Shown: piece by piece, positions 9,810-18,804 of the stretch
Position numbering within the stretch: the stretch's first letter is position 1
Layout of the letters: the number at the start of each line of letters is the position of its first letter
Origin: a virus
Direction: 5' to 3' (one strand)
UHGV virus genome: UHGV-0026823
Length of the DNA stretch: 36,673 nt
The notes under the pieces: generated by a model
Databases searched by the model: none
Seen by the model: only the letters and a program-made list of their open reading frames with translations
What the model was told of the DNA's origin: nothing
Translations under genes and position numbers: made by a program

Positions 9810-11074
9810 ACTTGATTTCCTTTTGTATGTTCATTAAAGTACATTAAATAACTAACTGCATCAATTGCGTGAGGAGTATAGATAAGATCTGGCTCAATTT
9901 CTAATTCCTGTTTTGTAGGATTTAAACATTTACCTGTACTCAGATCTATACGAGTATTTTCAAAGACATAGTTAGTCTTTTTCATATGATCAAGATTAAA
10001 TTTATATTTATCAGTTTTAATCTTTGATCTAAATATGGATAGTCTCTGTGTTACTCTTGGGTTACTCGGTAGTACTCTAATCTCTGTTTTGAGTCCCAAT
10101 TTATTAGCGACATCATCCATAACTATATAATCATTATCTAACCGTTGATTAAATGCGCCAGCACTATCACCATAGATATTGATATCTTTTAAACCTGGAT
10201 ATTTATCAATTAAATATTCAAATACTGCTTGAGCTTGAGAAGCTGTGTTTATTCGAAGATTTAAGTGTTCATCCATAAAGTAGAATTTTCTATCAACTTC
10301 TATTCCTGAATACCAACACATTGGAGAATAGTTAAAGTCACATGTTACAAATACATTATATCTTTCAGGTAATTCATTGAGTGGAGTAAATTTAATTTCA
10401 AGTGGATCATAGTTTGAAATAAGAGCATCATCTAAAGCAGGAGTAATTTTAGAATTAATAAATTTGTCTTTTTCTTCTGCTGTCATATTCTTTGCTAGTT
10501 CATCAATATAGCCATCTGGTAGGTTTGTATTTTCATAAGATGAACCGAGATAGACTGTTCCTGATTTTAAACAATAATGATTTGTTGATCCTGGTGGGTT
10601 AGTATGAGTTAATAAGAATAGAGGAGCATCTCCGTTTACATATCTTAAACGACCTTGAATTTGTTTAAGAACCGAGTTTGAGATTTTTGAAGCTTCTTCG
10701 ACATCAATAAAATTAAATTCATAAGTCAATAATTGCTTATATGATTGGCCATGCGTTAGCATAATTGTTGTACCATTATCACATAGATACATGGTTTTTT
10801 CTTTGTTCATTGGTTCGAGGGTAACTCCAAGAATCTTTAAGAACTTTACACATTGGGCAAAAGTGTTATCACGGATCAAAGGAATTGTTGGACCTACCAT
10901 GCAGACTTTTGAATTAGGATATGAGTAAATATAACAAGCAGTTAATAATGCACCTAAGAATGTTTTACCAGACCCTAATCCACCAACATAGTTTATAATG
11001 TTAATTGATCGTTCTTTAGCATGCCTTATCTGTTCAAATACTTTTTGTTGCGTTGGTAGTAGATCAATAAGCAT
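9806..11074 (-). CDS. terL: Terminase large subunit, 422 aa.
   Basis: Walker A GGLGSGKT. Walker B-like FNFIDVEEAS. The C-terminal nuclease region has conserved acidic residues (VTCDFNY, IYGDSAG, HAIDAVSY). Confidence 0.85.
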   Translation of the reverse strand: MLIDLLPTQQKVFEQIRHAKERSINIINYVGGLGSGKTFLGALLTACYIYSYPNSKVCMVGPTIPLIRDNTFAQCVKFLKILGVTLEPMNKEKTMYLCDNGTTIMLTHGQSYKQLLTYEFNFIDVEEASKISNSVLKQIQGRLRYVNGDAPLFLLTHTNPPGSTNHYCLKSGTVYLGSSYENTNLPDGYIDELAKNMTAEEKDKFINSKITPALDDALISNYDPLEIKFTPLNELPERYNVFVTCDFNYSPMCWYSGIEVDRKFYFMDEHLNLRINTASQAQAVFEYLIDKYPGLKDINIYGDSAGAFNQRLDNDYIVMDDVANKLGLKTEIRVLPSNPRVTQRLSIFRSKIKTDKYKFNLDHMKKTNYVFENTRIDLSTGKCLNPTKQELEIEPDLIYTPHAIDAVSYLMYFNEHTKGNQV

Positions 11075-11564
11075 GAGTTACCTTTTCTTTAATTCCGTCG
11101 TATTCCACTAATAGTCCTGTAAATTGATCTTTAAATAAAGCATCCATATACATTAGTTCATTGAAATTATCATCATACATAATAATTTCTTCTTTTGGAT
11201 CCATTGGAATCATTGCTCGAATTACTCCAGCTTTAGTTAAATTAGTTAACCCTTGTGCTATGCACAGGCATGGCATTTCGATATCTCGAAAGACTTTTTT
11301 AATGTGGAGTTTAGTTGAATAAGATCTGTGACGTGCTGTCACTACGCACTGACGTGCATTAAATTCATTTTTATATATTTTAGCTCGATTATAGATCTCA
11401 TCATTTATTTTTAATAAACCAAACTTCATTTCAAGAATGTGTACAATAGGATAAAGTTTATAATATAATTGTTTAAGAAATTTATTTTTTGGAATAAATT
11501 TATCCATGAAATCTGCTATAGGACAATATAAAGATGTTTTATCAAGATCATAAATTACTAGCAT
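11064..11564 (-). CDS. HAD-superfamily phosphatase, probably a 5'-(deoxy)nucleotidase, 166 aa.
   Basis: HAD motif I IYDLDKT (DxDxT). Motif II VVTAR. Motif III Lys (KLHIKK). Motif IV IIMYDDNFNE (DD). Confidence 0.6.
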   Translation of the reverse strand: MLVIYDLDKTSLYCPIADFMDKFIPKNKFLKQLYYKLYPIVHILEMKFGLLKINDEIYNRAKIYKNEFNARQCVVTARHRSYSTKLHIKKVFRDIEMPCLCIAQGLTNLTKAGVIRAMIPMDPKEEIIMYDDNFNELMYMDALFKDQFTGLLVEYDGIKEKVTHAY

Positions 11565-11589
11565 AATTAAAATCCTTCAATTAAGTTGA

Positions 11590-12222
11590 TTATTGTAATA
11601 ATCCTTTACTCTCTTTAAAATTAAATCCAGCTTCAAGCATAGCCAAAAACAGATCTAATGGTGTAACTGCATTTGAATCAATACCTTTAAATTTTTTAGT
11701 TACATATCTTAACGCTGTGTTATTATCAAATATTGGTTCTTTAATAGCATCTAGTACTAATCCTGAACAAATATATTCATCTTTAGGTTTTCCGTTATCT
11801 TTACGTAAATGCCCTTTAGATAAAAATTTAAAGATTGATCCATAAGAATAATGATAATTAGAAGCTTTAGCTACATATTTAAGAGCAAGATAAGGATCAC
11901 AATTTTCGGAGATTGTAGTTCTCATAATAAGGGATTTACTAGTATGAATGTCTACATCTTCTCGTTCAAGAATTCTAGTTCCTTTTTCAAAAATTTTAGA
12001 TCCAGTATCATCTTGTTTATATGTTGATGATTCAAAAATAATATTGTTATCAAGAATTAAAAGAACATGACTTGGAATAAACGTTCCTGTATCCTTCTGT
12101 TTACAAATCATTTTAGATACTTTTGAGATTGCTTTAGATAGATTTGATGTTCCTTTACAAAACACAACTTCAAGTCTGTGTCCCATTCTATTGTTTCCTT
12201 TCATCTTTATTATTATGTTCAT
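11590..12222 (-). CDS. Hypothetical protein, 210 aa.
   Basis: ORF only. No P-loop. A His...Cys pair (PSHVLL ... EYICSGLV) is insufficient to call a peptidase. Confidence 0.4.
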   Translation of the reverse strand: MNIIIKMKGNNRMGHRLEVVFCKGTSNLSKAISKVSKMICKQKDTGTFIPSHVLLILDNNIIFESSTYKQDDTGSKIFEKGTRILEREDVDIHTSKSLIMRTTISENCDPYLALKYVAKASNYHYSYGSIFKFLSKGHLRKDNGKPKDEYICSGLVLDAIKEPIFDNNTALRYVTKKFKGIDSNAVTPLDLFLAMLEAGFNFKESKGLLQ

Positions 12223-12748
12223 TAATAAGACATATCATTCTTATATTGCTATCAACATGTGCTTCATGAGGTAAGCCAGATTCATCATCAATTGGGTTTA
12301 TATATTCACCTTTGTAAGCGTGTCTAAATATTGCTGGTACTAATATATACGGATCAAGCTTTAAGAAATCCCAATCAGGATATTTTGTTGAACCAAAATT
12401 GAATACTTGTAGAATTTCACTTGGATTAATAGGTTGAATATTAGGACATAATTTATTTTCAATTAAGTTCATTGCATAATCAACTAAAGTCATTATTTCG
12501 ATATCGTCTTCGCTAAATGTTGATCGACCAACAAGATCTCTTAAATATTGTGGAACAAGCTCTTGTAATTGCTCAAGAGACAGGTGCATTACTAAATAAC
12601 CAAGTGGATTTTTAGGATATGATTCCATACAAGTAGTAAGATCATATTTAGGCGCTATTTGAAATTGAATGAGAATGTTCTGTATATAGCAATATTGTTC
12701 CCATTTATCCATTTTTTCTAACTTATTGTAAAGATATGTTAATGACAT
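12188..12748 (-). CDS. Hypothetical protein, 186 aa.
   Basis: The ORF has a good SD (AAAGGA) 7 nt upstream. Confidence 0.45.
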   Translation of the reverse strand: MSLTYLYNKLEKMDKWEQYCYIQNILIQFQIAPKYDLTTCMESYPKNPLGYLVMHLSLEQLQELVPQYLRDLVGRSTFSEDDIEIMTLVDYAMNLIENKLCPNIQPINPSEILQVFNFGSTKYPDWDFLKLDPYILVPAIFRHAYKGEYINPIDDESGLPHEAHVDSNIRMICLINEHNNKDERKQ

Positions 12749-12760
12749 TGTTTATCCTTT

Positions 12761-12853
12761 CTATTCAAATATATCGTTTTCCCATGGAATTATTTCATCA
12801 TCAAACATCATACCATATATAATAAAAACTGTTATAATTAGTGCTAATGACAT
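12761..12853 (-). CDS. Possible 30-aa membrane peptide (MSLALIITVFIIYGMMFDDEIIPWENDIFE). It overlaps the last 10 nt of the DNA polymerase gene.
   Basis: A short ORF with a hydrophobic N-terminal segment, found by reading the gap between polB-like and the next gene. The SD is weak. Confidence 0.25.
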   Translation of the reverse strand: MSLALIITVFIIYGMMFDDEIIPWENDIFE

Positions 12854-14682
12854 TCTGCCCAATTATCTCCAACTTTAATATCTATTTGTAACCGACAATT
12901 TAATTTTAAATCTTTATTAGTTCTATCTACAGCTGTTTGCGCACATTGCTCGTAAACTGGAATCTTATCTGGTTTGACTTCTGCTTGGACTTCATCGTGG
13001 ACATTAAGTTTAATATTATAATCAGTGCCCCAAATCATTCCAGCTTTATCTAATTCTTCTACCAGATAGACTAAACATTGTTTCATTATAACTGCTCCAG
13101 TAGATTGTAATAATAAGTTTAATAAGCTATAGTCAGAACGAGCATGTAATTCGCGTTTATCTAATCCTGTGATAGTTCCTTTGGATCTGTACTGTTCCTT
13201 TAGGTTATTTTGTAGGGCTTCTAATCCTGGTAATGCTTTCATAAATTTATCAATTGCAATATTGACATCTTTAGTTGTATAAACTTTACCAGTGCCTGCT
13301 GATAATCCTTCAGCTAATTTCTTTTTACCAGCTCCATATAAATATGCATATTCAAAAGTTTTCGCTTGTTTTCGTGTTTCAAATCCTAGAGTTTTTTGAG
13401 TCCAGGTGTGAATGTCTCCTTCTTCAATTTCTTTTGTAAATTCAGGATTATTTACATAATGAGCTAGACACATATACTCGAGAGCTTTAGCGTCAAATCC
13501 AACTTGTTTAAATCCAGGATTTGCTTTAAATAATGATCGAACTTCAACTGCATATTTACCTTTGATTCCTAATATTGGTCCAGAATCGTTTGTTCTAACT
13601 CCCGGCATTGTAGATAAATTAGGATTTGTATGAGAGCATCGACCTGAAACTGTACCATCAACATACAATTTTCCATGAATTACATCATCCTTATCTAATA
13701 AATTGTAAACACTTGTATCTCCAGAATAAATCATTTTTTTAATTTTAGTTGCTGTTTTATATAATAATAAATCTTTAACTTCTGGATATTTATCTTCGAT
13801 ATTAGCTAGAACTTCATCATCTAAGCATGGTGTTGGTTCTTCTTTTCCTTTTCTTCTAACTAGCGGTGGATCAAAATTATATTTATCTTTTAGATATCTC
13901 ATCCAATGTTGAGTTGAATTTAGATTAAAGGGTGTTACTATTTCTCGGCATTCGATATCACCTTGTTTTATGTTTTTATTTTTATTTGATCTTGAGAACG
14001 TATGAAAAGTATAATCATAGAATGTTGGTAAGTGTTGAACTAATTCTTTTGCTGCATTTTCTTCATCTTCTGTAATTTGATCTACGAGTTGCAATAATTT
14101 AAGTTTATCAATTAAGTGGCCAGTAATAATTTGTTTAGAAATAATCTGAGCAAATTTACGATCAAGATCTATAGTGAATGGATCAAGATTATCAATATTA
14201 CATTGCCATAAAACTAATTCTGTTACTCGAACATCTTGTTGACAGTATGCACCCATTTCATCAGTGTACTTATCCCAAGCTTTATCTTTGATTTTCTTTC
14301 GTTCTTTCCATTCTTCTTCAGTAAACTCTTTACCAGTCATTGGATTAAATTTCTCAAATCCAAGTCGTTTACCCCAAGCTTCAAGTGAGTGCTGATTACT
14401 CGGGTATTCTGGAAAACAAATCATAGATAAATTAATTGTGTCTAAAACGTTATCTGTAAGTTTAATTTCAGGATATAATTTATTAATGACTGGCAGGTCA
14501 TATTGGATAATATTATGACCAATTAAAACATCAGCTTTTTGTAAGATATGTAAACCATCGATAATATGATTAGGATTGAACAAGCGAACATCTTTTTCTC
14601 CTATTATTTTTAAAGCTATACAGTGAATTCTATCAACATCTTGATATAATCCATTCGTTTCAAGGTCGAAAATTACTTGCAT
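12844..14682 (-). CDS. DNA polymerase, family A, T7-like, 612 aa. The 3'-5' exonuclease domain and polymerase domain are present and the thioredoxin-binding insert is absent.
   Basis: The N-terminal Exo I motif IFDLETNGL and HNIIQYDLPV resemble T7 gp5 (VSDIEANAL / FHNGHKYDVP). Polymerase motif B is RELHARSDYSLLNLLLQSTGA. Motif C is NVHDE. Confidence 0.85.
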   Translation of the reverse strand: MQVIFDLETNGLYQDVDRIHCIALKIIGEKDVRLFNPNHIIDGLHILQKADVLIGHNIIQYDLPVINKLYPEIKLTDNVLDTINLSMICFPEYPSNQHSLEAWGKRLGFEKFNPMTGKEFTEEEWKERKKIKDKAWDKYTDEMGAYCQQDVRVTELVLWQCNIDNLDPFTIDLDRKFAQIISKQIITGHLIDKLKLLQLVDQITEDEENAAKELVQHLPTFYDYTFHTFSRSNKNKNIKQGDIECREIVTPFNLNSTQHWMRYLKDKYNFDPPLVRRKGKEEPTPCLDDEVLANIEDKYPEVKDLLLYKTATKIKKMIYSGDTSVYNLLDKDDVIHGKLYVDGTVSGRCSHTNPNLSTMPGVRTNDSGPILGIKGKYAVEVRSLFKANPGFKQVGFDAKALEYMCLAHYVNNPEFTKEIEEGDIHTWTQKTLGFETRKQAKTFEYAYLYGAGKKKLAEGLSAGTGKVYTTKDVNIAIDKFMKALPGLEALQNNLKEQYRSKGTITGLDKRELHARSDYSLLNLLLQSTGAVIMKQCLVYLVEELDKAGMIWGTDYNIKLNVHDEVQAEVKPDKIPVYEQCAQTAVDRTNKDLKLNCRLQIDIKVGDNWAECH

Positions 14683-14888
14683 ATCTTTGTTATTGTTACA
14701 TCCTTTTTAATTATTACTCGCAATAGTTTAGTTGGGTTTTGCTTATTGTATCCAAAGAATTCTTTAAGATTCCATAGTTCATCTTCAGATATATCTCGGC
14801 TATCAATTACTTTTAAACCTCCAGTTAGAAACAATAATGTATTTCTCTGATCAGGAGTTAATTCATGCTTAATTTCAGTTACACTCAT
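14673..14888 (-). CDS. Hypothetical protein, 71 aa.
   Basis: ORF only. Confidence 0.35.
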   Translation of the reverse strand: MSVTEIKHELTPDQRNTLLFLTGGLKVIDSRDISEDELWNLKEFFGYNKQNPTKLLRVIIKKDVTITKICK

Positions 14889-14890
14889 AA

Positions 14891-15289
14891 TTACACCTTA
14901 TATATTTCTGATATTGTTTTTAGTATATCAAGTAATGGAGCTGCTATCTCATCTTCCCAAACTGGGTAATCGTTTTCGTGTTCTATAAATTGATTAATTA
15001 ATTGCCGCTTATAGATTACAAGATGAATCATAGCATCAAGAATATTTTCACATGGGATATAAGAATTACCCTCAATTTTTAAGTCTAGCTTAGATTTCTT
15101 AATAATCCTTAATCCTTTACCAAGAGGGATTGGATTTCCTTTATTGACAAGAATTAGTCCAAGATAGGCTATAATCTCAGATACTTGAAGATGATTAATC
15201 ATTGGTAGTCTTCGAAGTCTCATCATTAATTTTCTGTTAGTTATACTTTGCCTTGGCTTCTTCGGTTGTGACATTTGACCATTCCTCAT
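14891..15289 (-). CDS. Hypothetical protein, 132 aa. The 5' end overlaps the upstream gene by 53 nt, so the true start may be an internal Met.
   Basis: ORF only. Confidence 0.35.
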   Translation of the reverse strand: MRNGQMSQPKKPRQSITNRKLMMRLRRLPMINHLQVSEIIAYLGLILVNKGNPIPLGKGLRIIKKSKLDLKIEGNSYIPCENILDAMIHLVIYKRQLINQFIEHENDYPVWEDEIAAPLLDILKTISEIYKV

Positions 15290-15596
15290 ATAAGTCTAAA
15301 AACTGGGTTGAAATATTATTTTTAAATTTTATTAATTTAACAATATCTCGTTCGGTGTTAATATAATGTTGAAGTCTGTTTAAAAATTGTTGAAATCTAT
15401 TTGGTGGTACTATAGTTTGGCATGCTTTATACACGTCCTCTGGAACTCGTAAAATTCCTATGTGTTTAAATTTAATTGGTTCAGATAATTTTAAAATCTT
15501 CTCATATCCTTCTATAAATGATTCAGGATCAGGACATCCTGCTTTTCGGAGATAGATATTTAATTCAAATCTATAATCATCAAGAGACTTTTTCAT
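15237..15596 (-). CDS. Hypothetical protein, 119 aa.
   Basis: ORF only. Confidence 0.4.
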   Translation of the reverse strand: MKKSLDDYRFELNIYLRKAGCPDPESFIEGYEKILKLSEPIKFKHIGILRVPEDVYKACQTIVPPNRFQQFLNRLQHYINTERDIVKLIKFKNNISTQFLDLYEEWSNVTTEEAKAKYN

Positions 15597-16381
15597 CGTA
15601 CCTCGCTAAATCTTAAATCTGGATTAATTTTATAAATCTTTTTTGGATCTACTTGGCAATCTTTATTTTTTGTATTTGATATTTGGACAAGTCCTGTATC
15701 TGGATCTCTAATTAATTGAACCACAAAATCACTTGATTCAAAAATAGCATTAGATCCTTTAGGCATTAATATTGTATTGTCATCAACTTTACCATTTGAG
15801 TTAAATTGGGCTTTACCTACTTGTGAACAGATAACGCCAGTTTTATCTAAGCCAGATAAAGTAAATGATTTAATAGCTCCTGTTAAAGCAGTTAGTCTTG
15901 AATATTCATCTGGACAAGATCTCCAAGGAGTATTTTGTATGTAATCTAAACAGATAAGATCATATTTATTAGGGAGTTCTGTATCAGATAGTAACTCTTC
16001 AAGATTTTCTCGGAATACATTTCGATAATCTACATTATCATCTAATTGATTAACTAATTTTTCAAGAATCTCTTGACATAGTGGAGAATTTAATTGCTTA
16101 ATTACAGTAGCATCATCACCACGAATTCCTAATTCATGCTTAAGAATCCTTATTGTATATTGGTAGATTGACATTTCTGATGATAGAAGTAAAATCTTTT
16201 TATCCTGGCTCATTGATTTAAGCATAACGTGCATAGTCATAAGGGATTTACCAGCACCTGGTGATCCCAATAAAAGATTTAATCTACCTAGTTGGAAATT
16301 AAAACCATATACAGGCATGAGGTGAATTGTTTGCTCACCTGATTTAATCTTATTTATAGCCTTTTTAAACTGATCTCGCAT
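15593..16381 (-). CDS. DnaB-like replicative helicase with a RecA-fold core, 262 aa.
   Basis: Walker A GSPGAGKS. Walker B-like YDLICLDYIQ. It sits in the replication module next to the primase, as the T7 gp4 helicase half does. Confidence 0.65.
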   Translation of the reverse strand: MRDQFKKAINKIKSGEQTIHLMPVYGFNFQLGRLNLLLGSPGAGKSLMTMHVMLKSMSQDKKILLLSSEMSIYQYTIRILKHELGIRGDDATVIKQLNSPLCQEILEKLVNQLDDNVDYRNVFRENLEELLSDTELPNKYDLICLDYIQNTPWRSCPDEYSRLTALTGAIKSFTLSGLDKTGVICSQVGKAQFNSNGKVDDNTILMPKGSNAIFESSDFVVQLIRDPDTGLVQISNTKNKDCQVDPKKIYKINPDLRFSEVR

Positions 16382-16595
16382 CTGTGTTTTTAAACCTTTT
16401 TATTGCCCATTCTATTTCATTTAGAGCTTCTCTAGCTTTATATAAACCAGTCTCTAATTCATTTATTCGCTTCTCAACATCAGTAGAAGGCCTCATGCAA
16501 CAATAACCTTCAGAACCATGTCTATTTTCGTAAGCCCAGTTACAATCACCTGAGCATATTTGATTCATATAAGGACAAAAATATTTATCTTTCAT
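16365..16595 (-). CDS. Small Cys-rich protein, 76 aa (CPYMNQICSGDC ... CC).
   Basis: ORF. The cysteine spacing suggests metal binding. Confidence 0.4.
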   Translation of the reverse strand: MKDKYFCPYMNQICSGDCNWAYENRHGSEGYCCMRPSTDVEKRINELETGLYKAREALNEIEWAIKRFKNTDARSV

Positions 16596-16596
16596 T

Positions 16597-16884
16597 TTAA
16601 TCTCCTGTTATCATCATATTAGCAAAAGCAAGAATACATGATATTGCTCCCATTGAATTTGTTGTATAATCTTCATCTAGTTCATCAGTAGATATTTCAT
16701 CATCTGGATGAATAATTGTATCAATTAAAGGAAGTCCTATATTGTAGTGGAAAGTATCAGCTAGAGTACAAAGTTCCTTTATAGTTATATCAGGAATTGG
16801 ATCAATAATATATAAAGTTCGTTCTGTAGTATCTAGTTGAAATTCAACATTCCGTTCATCTTGTAGTCTAATTGTGAATATCAT
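16597..16884 (-). CDS. Small acidic protein, 95 aa.
   Basis: ORF only. Confidence 0.4.
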   Translation of the reverse strand: MIFTIRLQDERNVEFQLDTTERTLYIIDPIPDITIKELCTLADTFHYNIGLPLIDTIIHPDDEISTDELDEDYTTNSMGAISCILAFANMMITGD

Positions 16885-16885
16885 A

Positions 16886-17725
16886 TTACATTCCTAACGA
16901 GATCAATCGATCTAAATAACCTGGTCTATAAAACTTTTGTAAATGCCTGTCATCTTTTTTAGCAAACCATTCGGTCCGTTCAAATACATCTTTAATTATA
17001 TCTTTGTCTGATGTGTCAAAGTAGTAACAAATTTTTCGAACTAATGCTAGATCATTTGCAGAATTATCTACATCAAATGGATCTGCTTCAAGAATTTCTT
17101 TAAGACGCCTATCACTTTTAGCAAAGTTTGATATATCTGTTTCAGGTCGGACAAATTTATAATTTTTCTTTTGTTTATTCTTCTCCTGTTTAAGACGTTC
17201 TCGTTCATATGCTTCTTGTTTGAGACGTTCTTGTTCATCGGAGAGTTCTATTAGTTTATCAAATATAGCAACATTACATTCTTTTAATTCTGTATCAACT
17301 ATAGTTTCAAGCATTGGACTTACAATGTGACGAACTCTGCACCAGACCTCAAGCTGTTGACCAGTAAAATCCATAAACCTAGTTTCAAAATCTTCTGTTG
17401 TTTTCTTTATTATGAAAATATGAGCACCAGCTCCAGAAGTTGATAATTCAATTAATGATGGAGTATCAGCTGTTTGTTTAATCCACTTATAGACTGGATG
17501 AGAGAAGTCACAGTGATCGCAATCAATACAATATATTGAATAGCCAGTTGTACCAATTGGTCCAAGTTTAATTGATATTGTATATCCATTTTGACGGGCT
17601 GCTTTAAATTTATAATAAGGAATATGAGCAGCTCCATCTATAGTTGAGTATCTTCCGTTAGAATCAACTGGTCGCTTATCCTTACTGAGTATAAATAAAT
17701 CTGTACATTGTTTTAGCTTAACCAT
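16886..17725 (-). CDS. DNA primase of the archaeo-eukaryotic (Prim-Pol) type, 279 aa.
   Basis: Prim-Pol signatures: a DxD motif (YCIDCDH) and sGxGxHhh (STSGAGAHIFI). It is adjacent to the helicase. Confidence 0.6.
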   Translation of the reverse strand: MVKLKQCTDLFILSKDKRPVDSNGRYSTIDGAAHIPYYKFKAARQNGYTISIKLGPIGTTGYSIYCIDCDHCDFSHPVYKWIKQTADTPSLIELSTSGAGAHIFIIKKTTEDFETRFMDFTGQQLEVWCRVRHIVSPMLETIVDTELKECNVAIFDKLIELSDEQERLKQEAYERERLKQEKNKQKKNYKFVRPETDISNFAKSDRRLKEILEADPFDVDNSANDLALVRKICYYFDTSDKDIIKDVFERTEWFAKKDDRHLQKFYRPGYLDRLISLGM

Positions 17726-17888
17726 TAGTTTTACCTGTTATAAAATCTTTGATTCGTTCTGCACAATCTTTGCAACATATAAATGAGCCTCTGCAATTTG
17801 AAGTTACATAAGGTGGCTCTAGATAAATTTTAAATTGTCTATAGGATTCAATTTCTTTTGAACATTTATCACAAAAATATTTTATCAT
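17718..17888 (-). CDS. Zinc-ribbon mini-protein, 56 aa (MIKYFCDKCSKEIESYRQFKIYLEPPYVTSNCRGSFICCKDCAERIKDFITGKTNG). It was missed by the 60-aa ORF cutoff.
   Basis: CxxC...CxxC spacing. Its start overlaps the exonuclease stop (TAATG). Its stop overlaps the primase start (ATGGTTAA). Confidence 0.5.
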   Translation of the reverse strand: MIKYFCDKCSKEIESYRQFKIYLEPPYVTSNCRGSFICCKDCAERIKDFITGKTNG

Positions 17889-18769
17889 TATGGTAACTTT
17901 CCTTTTCTTTGATAAGCTTCTGTTCTGAATTGATTTATACGTTCCATTGAAGTAAAAATTTTGTTAAGGAATGGAATCTCCGTATGATCATCAATTGTAT
18001 GTTCTGGATGTAAACAATCAAACTCAAGTACTTTGGCTAGATCTTTTAACGGTACATTATATTTTGTTAACATTCGAAGTAATACCATGTTACTTGGAAA
18101 ATAAAACATTAATCCATGTTCTTTATACACGTCTTTTACAAATTCATAAACTTGATATAAATTTTTAAGGTTTTTATCTTCAAGTATTTTCTCAGCTGTA
18201 GCATAACCTACTTTAGGAACACCAGGGATATTATCAATTCTATCACCAAGTAAGAATTGTTTAGCTAATTCATGCATACTAGATTCAACGGTTGTTTCAA
18301 TCATTTTAATACCGTTGCGCTTCTTTGATTTAATGGTTAATTTAGGAATCTGTAAAAAGTCTTTATCGCACGAGATAATCATGACCTTGTTTGTCGGAAT
18401 TTCAACTAAGTTTGAAGCTATAATTGAGATTAAATCATCGCATTCAAATACCATTGATGAGACTACATTAAGATGAAAAGCATAAAGAATTTTTATAATT
18501 TCATTTTTAAATGCAGTCCATTGATCTGAATATTTATTTGTCCGTTGAGCTTTATAATAAGGGAAGAGACAGGTTCTAAAACCTCTGTTCATTGAAATAC
18601 AAAAATAGAATTTAACAGGAATTCTTGAATAATCTTTGTAATATCTTTTTGCTTCTCTTATTTCTCGATCTTTTACTCTGAGAATAGCTTGTACTGCTGT
18701 ATGAGGAGGTAATTGCTTTGCAAACAATGCTCTAAGTAAAATATCTCCGTCGTAAAGAATATGTATCAT
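17888..18769 (-). CDS. 5'-3' exonuclease / flap endonuclease, T7 gp6-like (also RNase H or Pol I N-terminal family), 293 aa.
   Basis: Canonical H3TH signature LLGDRIDNIPGVPKVGYATAEKIL. Acidic metal-binding residues are present in the N-terminal half. Confidence 0.85.
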   Translation of the reverse strand: MIHILYDGDILLRALFAKQLPPHTAVQAILRVKDREIREAKRYYKDYSRIPVKFYFCISMNRGFRTCLFPYYKAQRTNKYSDQWTAFKNEIIKILYAFHLNVVSSMVFECDDLISIIASNLVEIPTNKVMIISCDKDFLQIPKLTIKSKKRNGIKMIETTVESSMHELAKQFLLGDRIDNIPGVPKVGYATAEKILEDKNLKNLYQVYEFVKDVYKEHGLMFYFPSNMVLLRMLTKYNVPLKDLAKVLEFDCLHPEHTIDDHTEIPFLNKIFTSMERINQFRTEAYQRKGKLP

Positions 18770-18804
18770 ATTTATATTATACCCATTTAATTAAATATTT
18801 AAAC

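Noticed and set aside
12844-14682. The DNA polymerase (612 aa) might be truncated or split relative to T7 gp5 (704 aa).
   Set aside because: Exo I-III and polymerase motifs A-C are present in one frame. The difference in length is accounted for by absence of the T7-specific thioredoxin-binding insert, and the upstream 71-aa ORF shows no polymerase motifs.
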